Assembly (NCBI GenBank): GCA_963801105.1
Contig: CAWDDH010000003.1
Coordinates: 3,642,056-3,706,055 of the forward strand
Direction: 5' to 3'
Origin: an uncultured Acidimicrobiia bacterium
GTDB taxonomy: Bacteria > Actinomycetota > Acidimicrobiia > IMCC26256 > JAENVU01
DNA: 64,000 bases
Each line of letters starts with the position of its first letter. Within the stretch, counting starts at the first letter, position 1. A program made the position numbers and the translations under genes. Shown piece by piece: positions 50,625 through 58,664 of this stretch. The notes under the pieces are model-generated. The model saw only the letters and a program-made list of their open reading frames with translations. It was not told the origin of the DNA and ran no database searches.

Positions 50625-51082
50625 TCCCGGTCCAGCGCCTCAACCATGCCGTGCTCTACGTACGGGACGCCGCGCGATCCGCCGCGTTCTACCAGGAGGT
50701 GTTCGGGTTCGAGGTGGTCGAGCAGATGCCCGGCGCCGTCTTCCTGCGCGCGTCCGCCACGAGCAACCACCACGACCTCGGGCTGTTCTCGGTCGGCCCC
50801 GACGCGCCACTCCCCCAGCGCGGTCGCGTGGGCCTCTACCACCTCGCGTGGGAGGTGCCCTCGATCCACGACCTCACCGTCGCCCGCGACGAGTTGATGC
50901 GCGTCGGCGCGTACGTCGGCGAGAGCGATCACGGCGTGTCGAAGTCCCTCTACGCCCATGACCCCGACGGCAACGAGTTCGAGGTGATGTGGGCGGTACC
51001 GGCGACGGCGTGGGGCGAGTACGCCGGCCGGGCCGTGGTACAACCTCTCGACCTTCCCGCCGAGATCGAGAGATTCGGATGA
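50621..51082 (+). CDS. VOC/glyoxalase-family protein
   Basis: LNHAVLYVRD, NHHDLGLF, GLYHLAWEV, SDHGVSKSLYAHDPDGNEFEV; ATGA overlap with iscS. Confidence 0.92.
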   Translation: MIPVQRLNHAVLYVRDAARSAAFYQEVFGFEVVEQMPGAVFLRASATSNHHDLGLFSVGPDAPLPQRGRVGLYHLAWEVPSIHDLTVARDELMRVGAYVGESDHGVSKSLYAHDPDGNEFEVMWAVPATAWGEYAGRAVVQPLDLPAEIERFG

Positions 51083-51798
51083 TGCAGAACTGGAACGACC
51101 TCGCCCGGCGGCTCCAGGGCGCGCTCGCGCTCGCGGCGCCGCCGATCGCGATCACCTTCGCCGACGCCCCGCCGACCGACGTGGCGGCGTTCGACGCGCC
51201 CCTCCCGGCACCGCTCGAGGACGGCCGGACCGGGCGGGTCCCCGCCGGGTGCGTGTTCTGGATGCACGCGGCCGAGTCCACGTTCTCGACCGTCAAGGCC
51301 GACCACGCCAACTGCTCGGTCGGCAGCCTCACTCACGGCTTCGTCACGCTGGACGAGGTCGCGGGCAACGGCGACGTCGCCGCGCTCCTCGAGACCGGCT
51401 GGGTCACGATGGACGTCGTGCCCGAGATCCCGGTCGTCACCCAGACACCGGGTGCGGTCACCTACGGGCCCCTCGGCGACACGACCGTCGATCCCGACGT
51501 GGTGCTGCTGCGCGTGAACGGCAAGCAGCTCATGGTGCTGTCCGACGCCATCCCCGGCCTGCGCATCGAGGGCAAGCCGCAGTGCCACATCGTCGCGATC
51601 GCGAAGGAGCAGGGCGAGGTCGCCGCGAGCGTCGGGTGCGCGCTCTCCCGCGTGCGCACCGGCATGCCCGCCACGGAGATGACGTGTGCGATCCCCGCCG
51701 CCAAGGTGGCCGTTGTGCTCGAGTCGATCGAGCACAACGCCGTCGCCGACGCGGCCGTCGCGCGCTACGCCGGCGAGGACGCCCGGCGCTTCGCCTGA
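51079..51798 (+). CDS. DUF169-like Cys-containing protein
   Basis: PIAITF, AGCVFW, NCSVG, YGPL..PDVV, PQCH, SVGCALSRVRTG; ATGA overlap with VOC. Confidence 0.75.
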   Translation: MMQNWNDLARRLQGALALAAPPIAITFADAPPTDVAAFDAPLPAPLEDGRTGRVPAGCVFWMHAAESTFSTVKADHANCSVGSLTHGFVTLDEVAGNGDVAALLETGWVTMDVVPEIPVVTQTPGAVTYGPLGDTTVDPDVVLLRVNGKQLMVLSDAIPGLRIEGKPQCHIVAIAKEQGEVAASVGCALSRVRTGMPATEMTCAIPAAKVAVVLESIEHNAVADAAVARYAGEDARRFA

Positions 51799-51804
51799 GC
51801 GGGG

Positions 51805-52428
51805 CTACTTCTTGGCGGCCTCGTAGTAGGGGTTCGTGCCGCTGGCGTGATCGGTCACGTCGACAACCTCGGTGATGTCGGGCACCGTGTCGAGGATCGC
51901 GACCTCGATCCCCTGCGACAGGGTCGCCGCGGCCATCCCGCACCCCTGGCAGCCGCCACCCATCCGCAGGTACGCGATGGCGCCCTCGACCGCGACGAGC
52001 TCGGCGTAGCCGCCGTGTGCCGCGATCTGCGGATTGATCTGCACCGCGAGGACCTCGATCACCTTCGCGACGACGGGGTCGTCGAGGTCCAGTTCGGGCA
52101 TCGGACCCATCGGCTCGGGTTGGGGCGAGTTCGGGTTCTGGAGCACCATCCCGCCGCCCGACAGGTCGAGCGTGGAGCCGCGGATCTTGTCCACGTGCTC
52201 GGAGGGCACGACGATCGAGAGGTCGTCGCCGTGCTGGACGGCATCGTCGTCGCCGGCCTCGTCGGTGCGCCGGAAGTACATGTCGTAGGTGAACGCCGTC
52301 CCGGAGACACCGTTGACCTCGAGCCAGAGCGCCAGGCTCCCGGGCTCGGGCTCGCCGGCACGCACCTCCAACACCCGCTCGCGCGCATCGTCGGTCACAT
52401 GGAGGAGCGGGACGGTGGTTTCGGTCAT
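51805..52428 (-). CDS. nfuA: Fe-S biogenesis protein NfuA
   Basis: Degenerate A-type carrier N-domain (LQNPN) plus NifU-C domain INPQIAAHGG..MGGGCQGC..DVTDHASGTNPYY. Confidence 0.93.
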   Translation of the reverse strand: MTETTVPLLHVTDDARERVLEVRAGEPEPGSLALWLEVNGVSGTAFTYDMYFRRTDEAGDDDAVQHGDDLSIVVPSEHVDKIRGSTLDLSGGGMVLQNPNSPQPEPMGPMPELDLDDPVVAKVIEVLAVQINPQIAAHGGYAELVAVEGAIAYLRMGGGCQGCGMAAATLSQGIEVAILDTVPDITEVVDVTDHASGTNPYYEAAKK

Positions 52429-52447
52429 GTGCACCATGATACGGGAG

Positions 52448-53610
52448 ATGGCCCGGGTACTTCTCCTCGTCCCCACCGCGTCCTACCGCGCCCCCGACTT
52501 CCTCCGGGCCGCCCGGGCGCTCGACGTGGAGGTGGTGCTCGCCTCCGAGGAGCCGCCGGCGATCAGCGCCGAGGGCCGATCGATCACCTTCCCGCTCGAG
52601 GACACGAGCGCGGCCCTGCACGAGATCGACGCGCTCGATCGCGCCCGGGGATCGACGCGGTCGTGGCCGTCGACGACCAGGGCGTCGTGTCCGCCGCGAC
52701 CGCCGGTGAGCGCCTGGGCTTCCCGCACAACCCGCCCGATGCCGTCGCCGCGACCCGGGACAAGCTCGAGCTGCGCACGCGCCTCGCTCGCAGCGAGATC
52801 CCCCAGCCCGCGTTCGGCACCGATCCCGATGCCGTCGGCTACCCCTGTGTCGTCAAGCCGGTCGGCGCGGCCGGGAGTCGCGGGGTGATCCGGTGCGACT
52901 CGCCGGCCGAGTGGGCCGCCGCCGTCGAGCGCATCCGCCGGTTCTGGGACGGCGCGCTGATCGTCGAGCGGTACGTCCCCGGCGTCGAGGTCGCGGTCGA
53001 GGGCCTGCTGCGCGACGGCGAGCTCACGATCCTGGCCGTGTTCGACAAGCCCGATCCGCTCGAAGGCCCCTACTTCGAGGAGACCATCTACGTCACGCCC
53101 TCGCGGCTGCCCGGGACCAAGCTCGCCGCGATCGACGCGCTGGTCGCGCGCGGCGCGACGGCCGTGGGCCTTCGCGAGGGACCGGTCCACGCCGAGGTCC
53201 GCGTGGACGGCGAGCGCCTCGCCCTGATCGAGATCGCGGCGCGCACCATCGGGGGGTTGTGCGCGCGGACGCTGCGCTTCGGCGCCGGGATCTCCCTCGA
53301 GGAGGTCGTGCTGCGCCACGCGCTCGGGCGCCCGATCGAGGACCTGGAGCGACCGCGGTCGGCGTCGGGCGTGATGATGCTGCCGATCCCGAGGGCGGGC
53401 ACGCTGCGAGCGGTGAACGGCCGCGACGCCGCGCTCGGGGTGCCCGGAGTGGTCGGCGTCGAGATGACGATCCCGATCGGATCGCCCGTCGTCCCCCTCC
53501 CCGAGGGCGACCGCTACCTCGGATTCCTGTTCGCGCGCGGCGACACCCCGGCCACGGTCGAGGCGGCGCTCCGGGCTGGCGCCGACGCCCTCGATATCGT
53601 CGTCGGGTGA
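52448..53610 (+). CDS. ATP-grasp ligase (frameshift near 52648)
   Basis: MARVLLLVPTASYRAPDF; after the shift TRDKLELR, YPCVVKP, GSRGVIR, VERYVPGVEVAVEG, DKPDPLEGPYFEETIYVTPS, HAEVR, EIAARTIGGLC. Confidence 0.9.
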
Positions 53611-53617
53611 TCCGCGC

Positions 53618-54889
53618 GTGAAGATCCTCCTCATCTCGACCTACGAGCTCGGCCACCAGCCGCTCGGGGTCGCCGCACCCGCCGGCGCCCTCCGCACCCG
53701 GGGCCACGAGGTCCGGGCCCTCGACCTCGCGGTGGACGACTGGGATCCGTCGCTCGTCGCCTGGGCCGACCGGGTCGCCGTCTCGGTCCCGATGCACACC
53801 GCCACCCGGCTCGCGCACGAGATCGCGGGCCGTATCGACCGACCGCTCGCGTGCTACGGCCTGTACGCGGGCATGTGCGCCGACGTAGGGGACGCGCTCG
53901 TCGGCCGCGATCCGGTCGCCGAGGTGGTGCGCTGGGTCGAGGACGATCCCGGGCTGACGGTCACCGGCTCGATCCCCGCCCGGGACCTGCTTCCGGCGCC
54001 GGACCGCTACGCGCACCTGATCCGCGACGGGGTGCGCTTCCCGATCGCGTACGTCGAGGCGTCCCAGGGCTGCGCCCACCGGTGCCGGCACTGCCCGGTG
54101 CCGGTGGTCTACGACGGCCGGATCCGGATCACCGACGTCCCCACCGTGCTCGCGGACGTCGACGCCCAGGTGGCGCTCGGCGCCCGGCACGTGACCTTCG
54201 GCGATCCCGACTTCTTCAACGGGGTCCACCACGCCCGCCGCGTCGTGGAGGCGGTCCACGCCGCGCACCCCACGCTCACGTTCGACTGCACGGTCAAGGT
54301 CGAGCACGTCCTCGCCCAGGCCGAGCTGTGGCCGTGGATGGCCGAGCACGGCTGCCTGTTCGTGATCAGCGCGTTCGAGTCGGTGTCGGACCGCATCCTG
54401 GGGATCCTCGACAAGGGCCACACGGCGGCCGACGGCGCACGGGCCGTCGGGATCCTGCGTGCGGCAGGCATCGAGCCCCGGCCGACCTGGTTGCCCTTCA
54501 CGCCCTGGTCCACCGTCGACGACATCCGGGCCATCCTCGAGTTCGTGGACGAGCACGCTCTGATCGGCAACGTGGACCCGGTGCAGTACTCGATCCGGCT
54601 CCTCCTGCCCGCCGGCTCCCTCCTGCTGGGCCACATCGACGACCTCGGCCCCTGGGACCCGGCCGCGCTGTCGTACCGCTGGTCGTCCCCGCTCGACGGG
54701 CTCGCCCGGGCGGTGGCCGAGGTCGTGGAGCAGGGTGGCGAGGACCCTCCCGCCGAGGTGTTCGACCGGGTGCGCGCGCTGGTCGACCTGCCGCCGATCA
54801 CCGCCGGGGGGATCACCGAGGCCCCGCGCCTGTCCGAGTCATGGTTCTGCTGCGCCGAGCCCACCGCGGGACAACTCGAAGGGCTCTGA
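53618..54889 (+). CDS. CUAEP/CCAEP-tail radical SAM protein (Cys-Cys variant)
   Basis: ISTYELGHQPLG, SVPMHTATRL, CAHRCRHC (CxxxCxxC), TFGDPDFFNG, SAFES, FTPW, VDPVQYSIRLL, C-terminal WFCCAEP (TGC TGC). Confidence 0.9.
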   Translation: MKILLISTYELGHQPLGVAAPAGALRTRGHEVRALDLAVDDWDPSLVAWADRVAVSVPMHTATRLAHEIAGRIDRPLACYGLYAGMCADVGDALVGRDPVAEVVRWVEDDPGLTVTGSIPARDLLPAPDRYAHLIRDGVRFPIAYVEASQGCAHRCRHCPVPVVYDGRIRITDVPTVLADVDAQVALGARHVTFGDPDFFNGVHHARRVVEAVHAAHPTLTFDCTVKVEHVLAQAELWPWMAEHGCLFVISAFESVSDRILGILDKGHTAADGARAVGILRAAGIEPRPTWLPFTPWSTVDDIRAILEFVDEHALIGNVDPVQYSIRLLLPAGSLLLGHIDDLGPWDPAALSYRWSSPLDGLARAVAEVVEQGGEDPPAEVFDRVRALVDLPPITAGGITEAPRLSESWFCCAEPTAGQLEGL

Positions 54890-54954
54890 CCTCGCCGGGA
54901 CGGGCGGCCGCCGGAACCTCGCAGGAGCCGGCGGAACCGCCTACGCTGCGCCGG

Positions 54955-55053
54955 TTGCACGGGCACGAAGGGGCCGCGGGCGGAGGCAACGGCAACCCGG
55001 GCACCCTCGCGATGCTGTGCTCCAAGTTCGACGGGACGGTCTGCACCACCTGA
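54955..55053 (+). CDS. Putative small peptide MHGHEGAAGGGNGNPGTLAMLCSKFDGTVCTT (alternative ATG 55012)
   Basis: TACGCT 7 nt before TTG; almost all codons end in G/C; TGA at 55051-55053. Confidence 0.4.
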   Translation: MHGHEGAAGGGNGNPGTLAMLCSKFDGTVCTT

Positions 55054-55104
55054 ACCTTCAGTTCGGGGACCTCGGAACTCGTCGAACCGTCGTAGGATCG
55101 ACGC

Positions 55105-55218
55105 ATGGCCAAACCGAAGAAGAAGGGCGACGCCAGCACGCCCGCAGGTTCACCCGAAGGCCCCCCGGGCAAGAAGCAGCGAGCGAAGGCGCGTCGCAAC
55201 AGCGGAAAGAAGAAGTAG
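55105..55218 (+). CDS. Putative small basic protein, 37 aa (MAKPKKKGDASTPAGSPEGPPGKKQRAKARRNSGKKK)
   Basis: TAGGAT 6 nt upstream of ATG (leaderless geometry); Lys almost all AAG; TAG stop. Confidence 0.6.
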   Translation: MAKPKKKGDASTPAGSPEGPPGKKQRAKARRNSGKKK

Positions 55219-55271
55219 CCCACCGGCACTGGATTCGAACGACCGACGCGTTGGTGAACGCCTTCGGTGCG

Positions 55272-55303
55272 CTGGCCACCGGGCGGTACCGCCCGGTGGC
55301 CAG
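55272..55303. repeat. Perfect 32-bp spacerless palindrome
   Basis: CTGGCCACCGGGCGGTACCGCCCGGTGGCCAG equals its own reverse complement. Confidence 0.95.
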
Positions 55304-55392
55304 GGTCACGATCGCGGGCCGCCGCCGGCGATTGAGCGCCGATGCCCCTGACCGATTGTCCGACCTCGGAAGGCGGGTGCGATGATCGGCCG

Positions 55393-56151
55393 GTGGTGCC
55401 CTGGCCGTTTCTGACGCTCGCCGGCGGCGCGGTCGGGCTCGGCTTGGGGCTCTTCGGCGTCGGCGGGTCCTCGGTCGCGACGCCCATTCTGTCGATGCTC
55501 GGCGTGCCGGCCTTGGCGGCGGTCGCCTCGCCGCTCCCGGCGATGATCCCGTCGGCGCTCACCGCGGCTCGCCCCTACGTACGCGACGGCACCGCGTGGC
55601 CGAAAGCCGCGGGCTGGACCCTGCTCGGCGGAGTGCCGGCCACGATCGTCGGGGCGATGCTCTCAAAGGTGGTCGGGTCCACCGCCCTGCTCGGCATGTC
55701 GGGACTGGTCCTCGTGATCGTCGGGATCCGGGTGCTGCGGCCGATCCACGAGGCCGCCCGGGAGGCGGGCACGGCTCGACGACAGAACCGCCCGCTGCTC
55801 GTGGCCGCCGCCGCCGGCGTCGGCCTGTTCACCGGCCTGCTGGCCAACGGCGGCGGGTTCCTCCTCGTGCCGATGTACCTGCTCATATTCGGACTCGAGA
55901 TGCGCCAGGCTGTCGGGACGAGCCTGATCGTCATCGCGGTGCTGTCGATCCCGACGCTCGCGACGCACTGGGCGCTCGGCAACATCGACTGGATCGTGGC
56001 CGCGGCGTTCGGCGCAGGACTGCTGCCGGGGGGAGTCCTCGGAAGTCGACTCGGCCAGCGGGTCGACGGCGCGTCCCTGCGCACTTCCTTCGGCTGGTTC
56101 CTGATCGTCTTCGGGACCTTCTTCACCCTCTACCGGGTATTCGGCGGCTGA
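55393..56151 (+). CDS. Sulfite exporter TauE/SafE (TSUP) family protein
   Basis: GLFGVGGSSVATP and GLLANGGGFLLVP, AVGTSL, multiple TMs; start approximate. Confidence 0.9.
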   Translation: MVPWPFLTLAGGAVGLGLGLFGVGGSSVATPILSMLGVPALAAVASPLPAMIPSALTAARPYVRDGTAWPKAAGWTLLGGVPATIVGAMLSKVVGSTALLGMSGLVLVIVGIRVLRPIHEAAREAGTARRQNRPLLVAAAAGVGLFTGLLANGGGFLLVPMYLLIFGLEMRQAVGTSLIVIAVLSIPTLATHWALGNIDWIVAAAFGAGLLPGGVLGSRLGQRVDGASLRTSFGWFLIVFGTFFTLYRVFGG

Positions 56152-56460
56152 GGCACGAGCGATCGAACCGGCCGACTCCGACCCAACGATCGCGCGGCTC
56201 GATCAGCCTCTGTCAGTTCTTCACCTCGGCGGTCGAGCGGCGCGCCAAATGGAACGGGCAGCGCAGCCGCGCCGCACCCTTGTCCCACGGGAGCGCGGAT
56301 ACAGCTCGGGCCAGGAGCAACCGAGACGCAAGTCGTGCTGCATCGTCCCCGATCGCGGCGCGAAAAGTCCTGACCGCCGCCTCCAGGGCAGGTCGGTTCC
56401 ACTTGCCCCTCGGATACGCGGTCGGTACTGTCCGCGACCTGGTCGGCGGAGGGGGCGGAG

Positions 56461-58166
56461 ATGACTCGACGCGAGCGGCGTCTTTCCAGACGTACGAGCA
56501 ACATGCGCAGGTCGCGCCGTCCATTGTCGACGGCGGCCGTCTCAGTGGCGGTGCTTTCGGTCATCGCGCTGATCACGGTCACCGGATTGGCGACGCTCCG
56601 CTCAGGTGCGGCCACACCGCCCTCGCGACCCCGATCTCCCGTGGTTGTCTCAGGCCCGGCGGTCGGCCAGATCGCCCTCAGCTGGCGCGCACCGTCGAGC
56701 CTCGGCGGGTCTCCGATCACGGACTACGGCGTCGAGATCTCACTCAACGGCGGGACCTCCTGGGGATCGACGATCTGGCTCGGGTCGACAGCCCTGACGG
56801 CTTCGAGCGCCGATCACGCGGCCATCCTGTGCACGCAAAGTGGGGCAGCGAACGTGACCGGGCTCGGTTGCGAATATCGGGTGCTCGCTCGTACATCCGC
56901 GGGTGACGGCCCTCCGAGCGCTGTCGTCACCGCGTGGGTGGTTCCGTCCGCGCCACGATCGGTGACGGCGACGCCCGATACCACCTTCAACCTGGTCACC
57001 CTCAGTTGGCTTCGACCAGCTGAGGACGGAGGATTCTCAACGATTCTGTATCACGTCGAAGCCTCCATGGACGGCTCGCCGTTCCTCGAAGTCGCCAGCG
57101 GAACCGACCTCGGTGCGGATGTCCTGTGCACCGGGATCGTTGCATGCGAGTATCGAGTGACGGCCTCGAACGGCCAAGGTACGGGAGCCGCGTCGGCCGT
57201 CAGAACCGTGGGAACCGCTCCGGGGCCGGTCCGTCGGATCGACGCACGTATCCAGTCTTCCGACCTGGGAACGGGCGTCTCGGGCATCGGGCTCACCTTC
57301 GACCTTCCGGCGAGCGGGATGCCGGTCGACCAGGTCGAACTCCGCGGTGCACGATCGCCGCAGGGGCGACGTCTGGGTGCGGAACCAACGCGAACCCAAA
57401 CATTGGCGATTGGGGCCCTAGCGAGGTCGTCGCTGCACCGCTGCAGCCGTCGATGACCCTGTCAGAAACCTGCAGCTCCGGGGTCGCGTCGTGCTACTGG
57501 CGCGTCCGAGCTGTCAACGTGCGCGGCGGGGCGGGACCGTGGCGGTCAGTCGACGCGCGACCTTGGGCTCCGATCGTTTCGCTCGTGCCGGCAGCTGGGC
57601 CGAACCAGGTCATGATTCTCTTCTCCGGGCCGGCCGAGAGCGGTCCGGACGGCGCACCGAAGTACTACTCGGCGTTCATCTGCAAGACCTCATGCAACAA
57701 CGCGTCGAGTTGGGCGGATTCCGGACTGTCGATCCCCTACCCACCGTCGGGAGCCGCACCTCACCCCGCGGGAACGTTCACCTGCGAGGACGGCCTCGTA
57801 TGTCAGGTACGCATGCAACTGACCGATGGAAGAGGCGACCACGGAATCCTGTCCGAGGCGGCGATCGTGCTGGGCTCCGGCGGTCGAGTACTCAACGTCA
57901 ACATTGTCGGCTCAGGAAGGGTCGTCTCGAGTCCGGGCGGAGTCGACTGCGCGATCAGCTGTGCGGCTGCGTTCCCAGACGGTTCTCTGGTGGGGTTGGT
58001 GGCGACGCCGGTACCCGGCGGCACGTTCGTCGGGTGGAGTGGTGACTGCTCGGGTGCCGACGGGTGCATCCTGACCATGAACCAGGACCATTCCGTGACC
58101 GCGACATTCACGCTCTACCCGAACGCCGGAACCCCGCCGGCAATCGCGGGCACCGAGCACCCGTAG
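56461..58166 (+). CDS. Secreted Cys-rich fibronectin type III repeat protein with C-terminal InlB-B-repeat-like domain (frameshift near 57343)
   Basis: Signal/TM; LSWRAPSSLGGSPITDY, YRVLART, LSWLRPAEDGG, YRVTASN, WRVRAVN; GSGRVVSSPGGVDC..FVGWSGDC..CILTMNQDHSVTATF. Confidence 0.82.
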
Positions 58167-58664
58167 ACCTCCGACGCTTGCTGAGGACGGCGTGCCCCTG
58201 GGCGCCCCGCAAACCCGAATCTTGATGACGAAGTTGGCTGCCTCCTTCCGGTAGAACGGTGGGAGTGAATCCGTCGACACGAGCGGGCGGCGAAATGAGA
58301 GACAGCAGAACGATGTTGGAGCGGCCGACCCCAAAGGGTGGTCCAGGCAGTCGACCTGCGGCGCGGGTTCCCCGCTGTATCGAAGTCGCTCAGGCTCGCG
58401 TGATCGAGGCTCTCGTGTCGATCCTGAGTGATGCGCCGCCCATAAGGCATGCCTTGGTCGATCCACCAGAATCGCATCTCGCGCCCCTGTCACGGTGACA
58501 CGGTTCTCGGACCTCACCAAGCTCATCGAGCCTCGCGCCGACTCTAAGTCTGGTTGGATATCGCCGTTCGCTGTGATGGCGGAACGCACTGCCCTCGACG
58601 GCCCGAAGATCCGAACGCCAATCGAGTGAGCGTCGGCCTCGTCGGCCAACGGAACAACGTCGCT

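Noticed and set aside
54840-54900. Selenocysteine recoding in the radical SAM tail
   Set aside because: Both tail codons are TGC; there is no in-frame TGA at the motif.
55220-55245. tRNA fragment or att site (minus-strand GTTCGAATCC)
   Set aside because: Flanks do not form a T-stem or acceptor stem and do not match the tRNA-Arg 3' end.
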